Assembly (NCBI GenBank): GCA_963713825.1
Contig: CAVQNG010000003.1
Location: 928,001 to 992,000, forward strand
Length of the DNA stretch: 64,000 nt
Direction of reading: 5' to 3'
DNA from: an uncultured Acidobacteriota bacterium
Lineage (GTDB): Bacteria > Acidobacteriota > Thermoanaerobaculia > Multivoradales > JAHEKO01
The notes below the pieces were generated by a model that had not been told where the DNA came from, ran no database searches, and was given only the letters and a program-made list of their open reading frames with translations. Made by a program: the position numbers and the translations under genes. Shown here in pieces: positions 51,060 through 61,692 of the stretch (the stretch's first letter is position 1; each line of letters opens with the position of its first letter).

Positions 51060-52481
51060 TCAGTTGTCCAACACGCGGTGGACGAAGTCGCGCCAGTCGG
51101 AACGGGCAGCGTGGGCGCGGTCGAAAGACCATTCGGGGTCTCGGGTGTAGCTCACGGGAGTACCGCCGCTCAGTGACGTCGAGTCGGGCTCGAGACCGAC
51201 GGCAGCGAGACGGGCGATGCCGGCGAGCCCCGGCTCCTCTTCCGCCGACACCTCGACCGGGATTTGAGTGAGATTGGCGATCAGGTCGACGAGAGCCCTG
51301 CAGCGGGTCAGTTTCCCACTCAGCCGGAAGACTTCCGCCGCGGCTCCCGAAGCGGCAAGCGTCTCGAAGCAATCCACGACCCGCATGGCCACGCCGACCA
51401 GCACACCAGCGGCAAGCTCAAGAGGCGAGGTGTGAGCACCGGTTTCCTGGACGACTGTTCGGATCTCGGGGCGCCACCAGGGTGTACCGAGCCCGGCAAG
51501 AGCGGGCAAAACGCGTGGGAGGCGTTCGGGCTCCAGGGGACGCTGGCCCCATTCCTCGGGGCCGAGACCGGTTTCGCCCGAGATCCAATCCATGGCGGAG
51601 CCGGCGCTGTTGACGGCTCCTTCGAGCTGAAAGTGCCGATCGGACGAGGAGCTCGCGACAACCGCCGAGAGCAGGCCTGGATGACGGCGGAGTTGGTCCC
51701 CGGTGCCGGCGAGCACAAAGGCGCCGGTGCCAAAGTGGGCCGCCGTGACTCCTTCCTCCCAACCGCCCTGCGCCAGCAGGGCTGCTTGTTGATCGCCAGC
51801 AACTGCGGTCACGGGGAGGCCTTGCCACTGGCCTCGAAAGCCGATCGAGGGCCTGAGCCGCGGCAAGGCAGCGCGAGGAATCTCGAAAAGGTGACAGAGG
51901 GTCGGATCCCAGGCGTCGGCCTCCAGGTTGTAGAGCAGGGTGCGGCCGGCGTGCCCACCTTCGGTCGAGGGCTCGCCCGTAAGATGGTGCATGAGAAAGG
52001 CATCGAGGGTTCCCGCTACGACCTCGCCGGCTTCAGCACGACGGCGGAGACCGGGTTGGGAGCTCAACAATCGACTCAGTTTTGGTGCGGCGTAGTGGGG
52101 CGACAGGTGAAGACCGCTGCGTGAGGCGACTTCGGGGGCGTGCAGGGCCAGTCGCTCGACAACGTCTGTGGCACTGCCGTCCTGCCAGGAGATGGCTGGG
52201 GTCAGGGCACGGCCGTTGGACTGTTCCCAGAGCAGGCAAGTAGACCGCTGGCAAGTGACGCCGATGGCAGAGAGAGGCCCGGCCTCTTGGAGACGAGCCA
52301 ATAGGGCCTCGACTGTCTCGAGCAGCGCATGCGGATCGTGTTCGAAGGACGCGCCGTTGGCGTAGACCTCGACCGGCAAGGATGTGCTGAGTCGGCAGCT
52401 TCCGTCCAGGGAGTAGAGCCCGCCCTTCGCGAGAGTGGACCCGAGATCCACAACGGCCAGAGAGAGATCGTCCGAGGTCAT
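51060..52481 (-). CDS. FGGY-family carbohydrate kinase (glycerol-kinase-like)
   Basis: [51 protein letters not shown]. Confidence 0.88.
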   Translation of the reverse strand: MTSDDLSLAVVDLGSTLAKGGLYSLDGSCRLSTSLPVEVYANGASFEHDPHALLETVEALLARLQEAGPLSAIGVTCQRSTCLLWEQSNGRALTPAISWQDGSATDVVERLALHAPEVASRSGLHLSPHYAAPKLSRLLSSQPGLRRRAEAGEVVAGTLDAFLMHHLTGEPSTEGGHAGRTLLYNLEADAWDPTLCHLFEIPRAALPRLRPSIGFRGQWQGLPVTAVAGDQQAALLAQGGWEEGVTAAHFGTGAFVLAGTGDQLRRHPGLLSAVVASSSSDRHFQLEGAVNSAGSAMDWISGETGLGPEEWGQRPLEPERLPRVLPALAGLGTPWWRPEIRTVVQETGAHTSPLELAAGVLVGVAMRVVDCFETLAASGAAAEVFRLSGKLTRCRALVDLIANLTQIPVEVSAEEEPGLAGIARLAAVGLEPDSTSLSGGTPVSYTRDPEWSFDRAHAARSDWRDFVHRVLDN

Positions 52482-53203
52482 CGAGCTGACCTGGCGAGAC
52501 TCTTGCGGAGCTTGCCGGGGTAGTCGGTAAAGATACCGGCGGCACCCCGGTGCAGTACATTGCGGGCGAGGAATGGCCGGTTGATCGTGTAGACCAGGGG
52601 TGGTTTGCCGGCTTCGGCCGCCGCCAGCAAGAACTCACGACGAGCGAGCTTGCGATGGCAATGCACACTGAAGGAGTCCAACTCGATCGCGGCTTCCAGG
52701 AGCGCGCCCGGTTTGCGATCCCCGATCGGTGCGACCCGATACTCGGGCAGCCGCGCCTTGAGCTCGGCTAAAAGAGACCAATCGAAGCTGGAGAACAGAA
52801 CCTGGTGTCGCCCATCGAGGGCTGCGGCCAGGGTGTTGCTGATGGCCTTTGGATCGGCGCTGCGGCGCTTGATGTCGAGAATCAGGGGCTGGGACTCCGG
52901 TAGGGCCCTGAGGATTTGCTGGAGTGTGGGTGCCTCGATGCCACTACCCTTTCTTAGCGCTCGCTGAAAGCGGTACAGGGTCAGAGACTCGACGGGCGCC
53001 TTGCGCTGCAGTCCGGCTCGCAGCTCGACATCGTGAAAGGCGACGAGTCGGCCGTCACGGGTCAGCCACAGGTCGAGCTCGATGACGTCAGCACCCTGCT
53101 CGACCGCCAGCAGCAAGCTCTCGAGTGTGTTCTCGGGTGCCTCTCCCGAGGCTCCGCGGTGGGCCAGGATCCAGGGTGGGGAGGGCAGGTCGAAGGTCTT
53201 CAC
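52478..53203 (-). CDS. Glycerophosphodiester phosphodiesterase
   Basis: [43 protein letters not shown]. Confidence 0.9.
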   Translation of the reverse strand: MKTFDLPSPPWILAHRGASGEAPENTLESLLLAVEQGADVIELDLWLTRDGRLVAFHDVELRAGLQRKAPVESLTLYRFQRALRKGSGIEAPTLQQILRALPESQPLILDIKRRSADPKAISNTLAAALDGRHQVLFSSFDWSLLAELKARLPEYRVAPIGDRKPGALLEAAIELDSFSVHCHRKLARREFLLAAAEAGKPPLVYTINRPFLARNVLHRGAAGIFTDYPGKLRKSLARSAR

Positions 53204-53281
53204 CTCGGGTCATTCTGCCCGATGGTAGAAGCTGGCCGCAAATGGGGTGCGAACTAGAGGCTGGCGGTACAATCCTTATCT

Positions 53282-54283
53282 ATGCCGAAGCTCGCCCCGC
53301 TACCGACGCCAGGTGACCGACTCTCGATACCCGGGTTCACCATCGGGCATGGATCCGATTCCGAGGGCATGACCGGCGTGACGGTCCTTCTCTGTCCGGA
53401 AGGAGCTACTGCTGCCGCCGAGGTGCGGGGAACCGCGACCGGCACCCGACAGTTCGACTCCCTGATGCTCACCCACAGTCTGGCGAGCAGGGCCCACGCG
53501 GTGGTATTGGCGGGGGGCAGTGGTTTCGGCCTGTCGTGTGCCGACCTGGTCGTCGAGCATCTGGAGCGCGGCGGCTTTGGGTTCGACACCGGGCTCGGGG
53601 TGGTGCCGTTGGTACCGACCGCCATCCTCTTCGATTTGGGCTTCGGTGACCCGGCAGCCCGTCCGGGCTCCGATCTGGTGGAAGCGGCGCTGTTTTCTGC
53701 CGCTTCCGGGCTGATCACCTCGGGCAGCCTCGGGGCGGGGACGGGTGCCACCGTCGGCAAGGCTCTGGGGCCTGCCAGCGGCATGAAGGGAGGCTTCGGG
53801 TTCGTCAGCTTCAGCCTGCCGGATGGGCCGACCGTGGCCGCGGCTGTGGCTGTCAACGCTTTCGGGGATGTGCGCCACCCCGACACCGGGAAGTGGCTCG
53901 CTGGCTGTCGAAGGGCCCCTGATTCACTCGACCCGGCCGATGCTCGCCGGGTCATGATGTCGTTGCCGCCGACCCTGGGCCATGCCTGGGAGTCCAATAC
54001 GACGCTGGCCGTCGTGATGACCGACGCCGATCTCGACAAGGCGGCGCTGCGCAAGGTCTGTGAGATGGCCTTCGGTGGTTTCTACCGCTGCTTCGTTCCA
54101 GCGCTCTCCCTCTACGATGGCGACCTGGTGGTGACTCTCGCCACCGGGGATGTGCCGGCGCATCTCCATCAGGTCGGAACCCTGGCTGAAATGGCTGTGG
54201 CGCAGGCGATCGTACGCGCTATCGAGAAGGCTGACGGCTTCGACCTGCTGCCGACATGGAGCGATCTCGCTGGACCCGCATGA
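53282..54283 (+). CDS. P1/S58 (DmpA-like) peptidase
   Basis: TGVTV, LAGGSGFGL, AILFDL, GAGTGATVGK, VNAFGDV, NTTLAVV, DGDLV. Confidence 0.88.
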   Translation: MPKLAPLPTPGDRLSIPGFTIGHGSDSEGMTGVTVLLCPEGATAAAEVRGTATGTRQFDSLMLTHSLASRAHAVVLAGGSGFGLSCADLVVEHLERGGFGFDTGLGVVPLVPTAILFDLGFGDPAARPGSDLVEAALFSAASGLITSGSLGAGTGATVGKALGPASGMKGGFGFVSFSLPDGPTVAAAVAVNAFGDVRHPDTGKWLAGCRRAPDSLDPADARRVMMSLPPTLGHAWESNTTLAVVMTDADLDKAALRKVCEMAFGGFYRCFVPALSLYDGDLVVTLATGDVPAHLHQVGTLAEMAVAQAIVRAIEKADGFDLLPTWSDLAGPA

Positions 54284-54347
54284 TTCATGCGGGCACCGTC
54301 CTACAGAACTTGACTCGACCATGACGAAGTCAAGCTATGGGAGATAC

Positions 54348-55064
54348 TCAGGGCTCCTCGCTCGTAATGTTGGATGACGCGGGTGCCATCACCAGGGAGA
54401 AACGGAAGGGAAAGCGCTTTCGCACCTCCGAGGTTTCCTGGGCATCAGCCAACTCCTGAATTCTGTCCAAGTGCCAAGCCTGGTCTGCTGACAGCTTTCC
54501 ATCGTAGAGCGCAACACGCCCAGCGCCGAGGAGCGGAAGCAGTAGTCGGGCGAGTAGGCGAGCCAGCAGCGACTGGCGTAGATCGACGACGAGCGCAGCC
54601 CGTCGGCAGACGCGGCGCATTTCGGCCAGGATTGTCGAATTTTCCGGCTCGTCAAAGTGGTGAAAGAAGAGGTTGGACAGGACCCAGTCAAGAGCTCCGG
54701 TGCGGAACGGCAACTGCTCTGCAGAGGCCACGACTCTCAGCTGGCGGTGACCGCGTTGGCGACCGATCACCAGATGGCAGAGCTTGAAGTCGACACCGAT
54801 GGTTTTGAGCTCGACCCCACCGCACCGACTGTCTCTGGCCAAGACGGCGGAGACCTGCCCGGAACCAGTGCCGATATCCAGCAGCACCTGCCCTCGCCCG
54901 TCAGGAACAAGGCGCTGTTTCAGTGCACGGCGGGCCGCCAGCAGTCCCAGCGTCCATCGATTGATCCGCTCGAGATCGGCGAGCGCTCGCTCCGTCTCGG
55001 CGAAGGAGAGCGTTGGAGAGTCCATGAGCTCGGGAGTACGCCGTGGATGGTTGAGAGCGGTCAT
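54348..55064 (-). CDS. Class I SAM-dependent methyltransferase
   Basis: PELMD, LADLERINR, LLDIGTGSG, SNLFFHHF, VVDLR. Confidence 0.85.
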   Translation of the reverse strand: MTALNHPRRTPELMDSPTLSFAETERALADLERINRWTLGLLAARRALKQRLVPDGRGQVLLDIGTGSGQVSAVLARDSRCGGVELKTIGVDFKLCHLVIGRQRGHRQLRVVASAEQLPFRTGALDWVLSNLFFHHFDEPENSTILAEMRRVCRRAALVVDLRQSLLARLLARLLLPLLGAGRVALYDGKLSADQAWHLDRIQELADAQETSEVRKRFPFRFSLVMAPASSNITSEEP

Positions 55065-55145
55065 GAGAAGCTGGTCGGTGCCGATTGTGTCAGAGCCGAT
55101 TGAGGAACTGGGGTAGACAGCATACGATCGGCCCGTCTGAGAACG

Positions 55146-56858
55146 ATGAAGCGATCTTCGTCTCGCGTCGAGACTCTCCGTGGACTGGTGCCAGCAGCGG
55201 TCGCCGCGACCCTGCTTCTGGCCGCGCCGTTGTGGGAGCGCTGGCTGCCGGCCCCAGAGTCGACGGCTCGCTGGCCATACCTGGTGCTATGCATGGTCGC
55301 CGTCGCGGCTAGCCTGCACGGATCGAGGCAGCGCTGGACCCTCAACCTGGGGACGATGGCCCTACCCGTGACGGTGGGTTTGTTTGGCAGTGCGTTGGCC
55401 GCGTGGCTGGTGGTGATTGCCTACATCTCGAGGGAAGTGCTGCTACGCCTGTTGCCTTCGAGGCCGGCCCGCCCGGCCCGAACAGGGCTGTCGATGGAGT
55501 CGGTGGGTGGTGGCGGCCGACTCGTACTGGCAACCCTTGCTGCGGGTTGGGTCTGGCAGGGCGGCAGAGCCAACGAGAACCTGGGCTGGCAGCTGCTGGC
55601 GGTTGCCACCTATCTCGTGGTCTTCTTGGCGCTGCAATTGCTAGACCTCCAATGGGCGCGGCGACTGGCGGGACTGCGATGGGTGGAGCTGGCCGGGGCG
55701 GCGAGTCTCGACTGCGTCGGCTGGCTGGTGGGTATGGCCTTCGTCCCGGTGGTGGCGACCCTGGGCTGGCCCGTGGCTCTCGTGCCGCTTCTGGCCCTGG
55801 GCCTGCTGGCAGCCGAGACGGCGAGGAACCTCCACCTGCGCCGGCGGGCGGTCGATCAGGTCTCGGAGCTCTGGGAGGTGACGCGAGCCGGCCACCGAAT
55901 CATCTTTCGCAGCCCCGATTTGGCCGGCATGGTCGGCCAGGTCCTGGAGGAGTGTCGCAACGTGGTGCCGTTCTCCTGGTTCCAATTCGAGCTGCTGCAA
56001 GGAGACGGTGGCCCCAGGAGCTGGTTCGCGGGGCCCGATGATCAAATCGAGGAGGGTCTTCCCGAGCCGGCCGATAGCCCACCCGCGATGCCCGGCATCC
56101 ACCGGCGCTCGTCGTGGAAGATCCTCGGCCGCGAGTTGAAGGGTGATGGAGAGACGATCGCGCGGGTGCGGTTCTGGTGCGACCCGCGGCGCCTCGAACC
56201 CACCTCGGTGGAGCTGTTGGACTCCCTGTTGCCACAGGTCGCCTCCTCGGTCCATCGAGCCCTGCTCGATCGACGTGCCAAGCATGACTCACTGACGGGC
56301 CTGGCCGATCGAGGGGTTCTGGAGGCCCGGCTCGAAGCCGTGTTCTCGGCGATCCGCGACGAAGGCGGCACGATGGCGGTCATCATGTGCGACCTGGATC
56401 GATTCAAGAAGGTCAACGACACCTACGGGCACGACGTCGGTGACCGGGCGCTGCTACGAATCGCGGAAGTGCTCGAGAAGCACCGCCGCGAGACCGACCT
56501 CTGCTGCCGATATGGCGGCGAAGAGTTTGCAGTGGTCCTGGATCAGACCAATGGAGAGACGGCGCAACGGGTGGCGGAACGACTTCGCCTGGAAGTACAG
56601 CGTACGGTGTTCACTGCGAAGGACGAGAGGGTTCATCTTCGCCTGAGCGCCGGCATCGCGGCCTACCCTGAGCTGTTCGTCAAGGACGGCAAGGAGTTGC
56701 TCGTCCTGGCCGACGAAGCCCTGAGGATGGCCAAGAGCCAGGGGCGCAACCGCAGCCTGTTGCACCTGGGTCGCGGCAAGTACCGCAAATCCGATGGCAC
56801 GGTGTTGGAAGCGGACAAGCCGCCGGCGGAGCCGAAAGCCCCAACGCTGTTCGCCTGA
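55146..56858 (+). CDS. Membrane-bound diguanylate cyclase (GGDEF)
   Basis: N-terminal TMs; HDSLTGL, DLDRFKKVNDTYGHDVGD, RETD I-site, RYGGEEF, ADEALRMAK. Confidence 0.92.
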   Translation: MKRSSSRVETLRGLVPAAVAATLLLAAPLWERWLPAPESTARWPYLVLCMVAVAASLHGSRQRWTLNLGTMALPVTVGLFGSALAAWLVVIAYISREVLLRLLPSRPARPARTGLSMESVGGGGRLVLATLAAGWVWQGGRANENLGWQLLAVATYLVVFLALQLLDLQWARRLAGLRWVELAGAASLDCVGWLVGMAFVPVVATLGWPVALVPLLALGLLAAETARNLHLRRRAVDQVSELWEVTRAGHRIIFRSPDLAGMVGQVLEECRNVVPFSWFQFELLQGDGGPRSWFAGPDDQIEEGLPEPADSPPAMPGIHRRSSWKILGRELKGDGETIARVRFWCDPRRLEPTSVELLDSLLPQVASSVHRALLDRRAKHDSLTGLADRGVLEARLEAVFSAIRDEGGTMAVIMCDLDRFKKVNDTYGHDVGDRALLRIAEVLEKHRRETDLCCRYGGEEFAVVLDQTNGETAQRVAERLRLEVQRTVFTAKDERVHLRLSAGIAAYPELFVKDGKELLVLADEALRMAKSQGRNRSLLHLGRGKYRKSDGTVLEADKPPAEPKAPTLFA

Positions 56859-56860
56859 GC

Positions 56861-58309
56861 TCAGGGTCGCCAGAAGGCACGACTGAACAGGGCGACGATC
56901 GAGTAGATCTCGAGCCTCCCCATCCACATCAGCAGGACCATCAGGGCCTTGTCCCAACCACTGAAGAAGGCGAAGTTCTGGGTTGGTCCGACCATGGCGA
57001 GCCCCGGGCCGATATTGCCCAGTGTGGCAGCGGACGCGGTGGCGCTGGTTACAAGATCAGGACCCGAGATGCTCAGCAACAAAGTGCCGAGACCCCAGAT
57101 ACTCAGGTAGAGGATAAAGAAACCCGCCACGCTGCGAACGATGGCGTCGGGCACCGACTTGCCACCCACGAAGACCGCCAGCATCGTGTTGGGACTGAAG
57201 ATCAGGCGCGCCTCACGGAACGCCGAGCGCAAGCCGATCAGCATGCGCATCACCTTCATCGAGCCTCCCGTCGAGCCAGCGCAGCCACCGACGAACATGA
57301 GACCGACGATCAGCATGCGCGACAGCACGGGCCAGGTGTCGAAATCGGCGGTGGCGAAACCGGTGGTCGTCATGATGGAGACGGTTTGGAAGGCGGAATC
57401 CAGGGCGGCCCGCGGCCCGTTCTCGTAGGCGCCCCTGCGCAGCAGGTCGAAAGTGATGACCGCTGCGATACCGAGCATGACGTTCAGATAGAGACGGAAC
57501 TCGGGATCTCGATAGAGATTCCAGCCGCGGCGCTTCCTGAGGCCGTAAAAAAGGGAAAAATTCGTGCCGGCCAGGACCATGAAGATGATGATGACGATCT
57601 CCACCAGTGGTGACTGGAACGCGGCCACCGATGCGTTGCGTGGCGAGAACCCGCCAGTGGACATCGTGGAGAAGGTGTGGGTCAGGGCGTCGTACAGGTT
57701 CATGCCGCAAGCCATCAGCAGGACCGTCTCGGCACCGGACAGCAGCAGGTAGATCTTCCAGAGAACCCCCGCGGTGTGGGTAATTCGAGACCCGAGTGCC
57801 TCGGAAGTCGGGCCGGGCACCTCGAGTTTGTAGAGGAAGCGAGCGCCGGGGCCCAACTCCGGGAGAAGCGCCACGAACAGGACGATGATCCCCATGCCGC
57901 CCAGCCATTGGGTGAAGCTGCGCCAGAACAGGATGCCGAGGGCGTGACCCTCGATCGCGGTCATCACCGAGGCGCCGGTTGTCGTGAAACCGGAGGCCGA
58001 CTCGAACAGCGCGTCGATCGGACTCAAGAACGTGCCAGCGAGCAGATAAGGGATCGCCCCGAAGAGCGAGGCCAACACCCAGCCGCCCACCACGACGAGA
58101 ATTCCCTCCCGGCGGTAGCTCTCGCCCTTTTCGCCGCCGATGCCGACCATGATGCCGCCCGCGATGGCGGTGATCAGGCTGGACACCAGGAAGGCGATGA
58201 CCACCTTCCACTCACCGTAGAAGGCGGAGCAGAGCGCCGGGGCCAGGTTCATGGCCGCCAGCAGCAAGACAAGTCTGCCGAGGAAGCGAAGTGGAACGCG
58301 AAAATTCAC
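56861..58309 (-). CDS. trkH: Trk potassium uptake membrane subunit
   Basis: FESASGFTTTGAS, QWLGGMGII, STGGFS, TTTGF, GGCAGSTGGS, LGNIGPG, GRLEI. Confidence 0.95.
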   Translation of the reverse strand: MNFRVPLRFLGRLVLLLAAMNLAPALCSAFYGEWKVVIAFLVSSLITAIAGGIMVGIGGEKGESYRREGILVVVGGWVLASLFGAIPYLLAGTFLSPIDALFESASGFTTTGASVMTAIEGHALGILFWRSFTQWLGGMGIIVLFVALLPELGPGARFLYKLEVPGPTSEALGSRITHTAGVLWKIYLLLSGAETVLLMACGMNLYDALTHTFSTMSTGGFSPRNASVAAFQSPLVEIVIIIFMVLAGTNFSLFYGLRKRRGWNLYRDPEFRLYLNVMLGIAAVITFDLLRRGAYENGPRAALDSAFQTVSIMTTTGFATADFDTWPVLSRMLIVGLMFVGGCAGSTGGSMKVMRMLIGLRSAFREARLIFSPNTMLAVFVGGKSVPDAIVRSVAGFFILYLSIWGLGTLLLSISGPDLVTSATASAATLGNIGPGLAMVGPTQNFAFFSGWDKALMVLLMWMGRLEIYSIVALFSRAFWRP

Positions 58310-58319
58310 CGGAGCAATC

Positions 58320-59678
58320 TCACGACCGTTCGCGGCCCGGGAACAGCAGGCGGACAGTATCCAGCTCGGATTCGTGGACGAAGAGGATCACCAGATCCCC
58401 GGCCTCCAGCCGGTCGTTGCCGCGCGGCACGAAGACATCGTCACCCCGCATAACAGCACCCACGATCATGCCGCGCGGTGGGCTCATCTCGGCGAGGGTG
58501 ACGCCGGAGGCGGGGCTCGCCTCGGCCAACTTGCGCTCCAAGACCTGGGCAGCACCCTTGTGCAGAGACACGATGTTGGCGCTGTATCCACTTTCGATGT
58601 ACTCCTCGATCCGCTCCCGGGCCAGCGTCCGAGGACTGAAGACCTCCTGCATTCCGAGTCGTCTCCAGAGCTGCGTCGTCTCCGACCGGTGCACCATCGC
58701 CAGGACCTGTTCGACGCCGAGCTCCTGGGCCAACAAGCAGGCCATCAGATTGCTCTCGTCGTTGGCCGTGAGGCCGACGAAGCTCTTGGCAAGGCCGATT
58801 CGCTCGGCCTTGAGCAAGGCCAGATCGGTGGCGTCGCCGTGAATGATCTCGAATTGGGGAAACTCGGCGGCGAGTCGCTGAGCGACACTCTTCTCGATCT
58901 CGATGATCTTGACGGGAATCTCCAAAGGGGCGAGGGCCCTGGCGACGGAGCTGCCGGTTTCGCCACCGCCCGCGATGACGACCTTGCCGATCACCTTTCG
59001 ATGATTGCTGACGGCCAGTTCGGCTTGCTCGATGACATCCGAAGTGCCGAGAATCAGCGCGTCATCGCCCTCCTGCGCCTGATCGTCCCCACCGGGAATG
59101 ATGAGATCGTCGCCACGATAGAACGCAGCGACCAGGGAGTTCCTGGGGAGCACTACATCCCGCAATGGTTGTTTGACCAGCGGCGAGTCGGCGTCGAGGT
59201 GGATCTTGCGAAGCTGGACCTTGCCGGCCGCCAGATACTCGACCGCCATGGTGGCATGACCGTGAATCTCGTTGAGGACGCGCGTTGTGGTCAGGAGCTG
59301 GGTGGAAAGCAGAAGGTCGACCGCGAATACCTGCTCCAGGAGCCGACGGTAGGTGATGACCTCTTCGGCTACCGCTACCCGCACAACGGTCCGTTGAGCT
59401 CCGAGAGCCTTGGCGAGATTCGCTGCCGCCAGATTGGACTCATCGGACGAAGAGACCGCCATGAAGAGCTCACACCCCTCCACCCCGGCAGCAGCCAGAA
59501 CGGGCGGGTGAGCCCCGTTGCCGCCAACCACTCGTACATCCAACTCCTCGTCGATGCGTTCCTGGCGGGCAGGGTCGAGCTCGATGACGGTGACATCTTC
59601 ACCCTGCTGGGAAAGGGTCTGGGCCAGGTGGTAGCCCACCTCGCCAGCCCCCATGACCACGTAGTGTTTTCGTTGCAT
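58320..59678 (-). CDS. trkA: Trk potassium uptake NAD-binding subunit
   Basis: GAGEVG and GGGETG Rossmann motifs, DESNL twice, two RCK_C domains. Confidence 0.95.
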   Translation of the reverse strand: MQRKHYVVMGAGEVGYHLAQTLSQQGEDVTVIELDPARQERIDEELDVRVVGGNGAHPPVLAAAGVEGCELFMAVSSSDESNLAAANLAKALGAQRTVVRVAVAEEVITYRRLLEQVFAVDLLLSTQLLTTTRVLNEIHGHATMAVEYLAAGKVQLRKIHLDADSPLVKQPLRDVVLPRNSLVAAFYRGDDLIIPGGDDQAQEGDDALILGTSDVIEQAELAVSNHRKVIGKVVIAGGGETGSSVARALAPLEIPVKIIEIEKSVAQRLAAEFPQFEIIHGDATDLALLKAERIGLAKSFVGLTANDESNLMACLLAQELGVEQVLAMVHRSETTQLWRRLGMQEVFSPRTLARERIEEYIESGYSANIVSLHKGAAQVLERKLAEASPASGVTLAEMSPPRGMIVGAVMRGDDVFVPRGNDRLEAGDLVILFVHESELDTVRLLFPGRERS

Positions 59679-59889
59679 GGTTTTTCAGTGACCCTGGGAT
59701 CGCACACCCATCGTACCTGTGGGATTGTAGCCCGAAAAACAACCAGCAAAGCGGGTTCGGACCCTCTCAATCCGGGCCCCGTGGCTGCTGCGAGGGGCGC
59801 CGATACGACGGGTTGCAGCCGGACCTTGTGCTAACGTCTGTCTGCCGGAATCGGGCGCCATTGCCTGAATTCCGCGAGAGGAGAGATCG

Positions 59890-60426
59890 ATGCTGAGAGC
59901 CATCGTTATCTGCGCGGTGATCTGCCTGATGGTAGCCGTCAACGTTGCAGCGCAGGATGTGGACATCCGCGCCAAAGACGGAGTGAGCTTCTCCAAGTAC
60001 GCGACCTATGCATGGGCTCCGCACCTCGACGTAGAGGGCGATCATCCGGTGGCCGACGGCTCTCCTCTCGACTTGACGATCAAGAAAGCGGCAGACGCCG
60101 AGCTCGAGCGCAAGGGTTACGAGCTGGTCGAACGGGAGCAGTCGCCCGACTTGATGATCAACTACGTCGGCTTCGGCACCGACATGACGAGCATCGAAGG
60201 GGTCACGAAGGAGCTGGCGCCGGGGGTCAAGTGGATCGGCGACCCTCAGGCCCATTCGATGCGCTCCTATCGGGAAGGAACCTTGGTCTTCGAAGTCGTC
60301 GACACCGCTACCGAGGAGATGGTTTGGAGCGGTTGGGTGACCGAGCTGGCTCGCACCTTCGAGAAGCTCCGGGCGAAGGCCTCCAAAGCCACGCGCCGGG
60401 TGTTCACTCACTTCCCAGAAGAGTGA
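59890..60426 (+). CDS. DUF4136 domain exported protein
   Basis: FSKYATYAW, ELERKGY, YREGTLVFEVVD..MVWSG, FTHFP. Confidence 0.85.
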   Translation: MLRAIVICAVICLMVAVNVAAQDVDIRAKDGVSFSKYATYAWAPHLDVEGDHPVADGSPLDLTIKKAADAELERKGYELVEREQSPDLMINYVGFGTDMTSIEGVTKELAPGVKWIGDPQAHSMRSYREGTLVFEVVDTATEEMVWSGWVTELARTFEKLRAKASKATRRVFTHFPEE

Positions 60427-60449
60427 AGTTCGCAAGGCTAGGAATCGAG

Positions 60450-61170
60450 ATGTTGGGCTATCGCTTCTTGCACCGGTACTCCCAGGGAGACCGCAACGTT
60501 ACGCTGCTCATTTCCCTGGTCGTCTTGTTCGTTCTCTATCCGGTGATCGTTGGAGTTCGGAGCGGTCCGCTTCTACAGGCTGATCTTTGTCGGTGAGCTG
60601 ATCCTGGCTTCGCTCAACCTGGGAACGACCAGAGGCACAGGCGGGAGGGCGTGGATGCTGGGTGGTCCTGCGATCATCCTCCAGATCGTGGCCTTCTCTT
60701 CGCCTTCTCGTCTCAGCTTGCTGGTGGCGGCAATCTCGACTCAGCTCTTCCTGATCTTCGTGATCGTGGTCGTCTATCGAACGGTGCTGGCGCCGGGCAG
60801 TGTAGCTGTCGACAAGTTGGCGGCCGCAGTCAACGTCTATTTTCTGCTGGGTCTAGCCTGGGCGATCGCCTACGGGCTGATCGCTACCTTCGACCACGGT
60901 GCCTTCAGCGCTGCGACGCTCGATTTTCAGACGCTCGAGGAGTACGTCGACTACGGTGCCGAGTTCGTCTTTGTCTACTTCAGCTTCGTGACGTTGACGA
61001 CCCTCGGCTACGGTGACATCTTGCCGGTAGTACCTGCGGCTCAGACGGCGGCCTGGATGGAGGCTGTGGTGGGGCAGCTCTTCGTTGCAGTAACCCTCGC
61101 CCGCCTGGTGGGGATGTTTGGCAGGGACGACAGTTACCGCTTGCCCAGCGGTGAGAATGATCCAGACTAG
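60450..61170 (+). CDS. Potassium-channel-family (Ion_trans_2) membrane protein (frameshift near 60551)
   Basis: YFSFVTLTTLGYGDILP selectivity filter; EAVVGQLFVAVTLARLVG. Confidence 0.85.
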
Positions 61171-61691
61171 TTGGGCGCGGTAGGGAAGTTCTCGAACATC
61201 TTTCTGACGGCTTTGTCGATCTGCTTGCGTGCGGTTTTCGGACTGTCGCTTAGGGTTCTGGTGGCGGTGCCGCGCCAGATGTTCAGCCGGCTGTTGCCGT
61301 CCAGCAGGTCCACAACGAGGGTCCCAACCTCGATCTCGCGAAGGGTATCTCCGGAGACCCCGCCCGGCTCGGAATCGCCAGGCCAACGTTGCTGCACGCC
61401 GAGGATGTCCACGTCTTCGCGCATCTCGCTGGCTTGCCGAGCGTACGTCAAGACCAGGAGATCGGCATCGCCGTCGACTCGGGTAAGACCCTTGGCCAGA
61501 AGCTCCCTCTGGATCGCGTTCCGGATCATCGTCTCGGTGCCAGGGTCGGGTGCCGGAGTGCCCTGTCTCCAGGCGAAGGTCTTGAACTGCGTGAAGTCGA
61601 CCGTCTTGGCCACTTGTACTGCCACCGAAGCCTGTAGATGGGCCGCCATCAGCATGAGCATCAGCGCGACGAGACACTTGGCGAATTTCAT
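61167..61691 (-). CDS. DUF4136 domain exported protein
   Basis: VDFTQFKTFAW, ELLAKGL, VGTLVVDLLD..IWRG, MFENFP. Confidence 0.85.
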   Translation of the reverse strand: MKFAKCLVALMLMLMAAHLQASVAVQVAKTVDFTQFKTFAWRQGTPAPDPGTETMIRNAIQRELLAKGLTRVDGDADLLVLTYARQASEMREDVDILGVQQRWPGDSEPGGVSGDTLREIEVGTLVVDLLDGNSRLNIWRGTATRTLSDSPKTARKQIDKAVRKMFENFPTAPN

Positions 61692-61692
61692 A

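Noticed and set aside
58251-59834. 527-aa plus-strand ORF
   Set aside because: Antisense shadow of trkA
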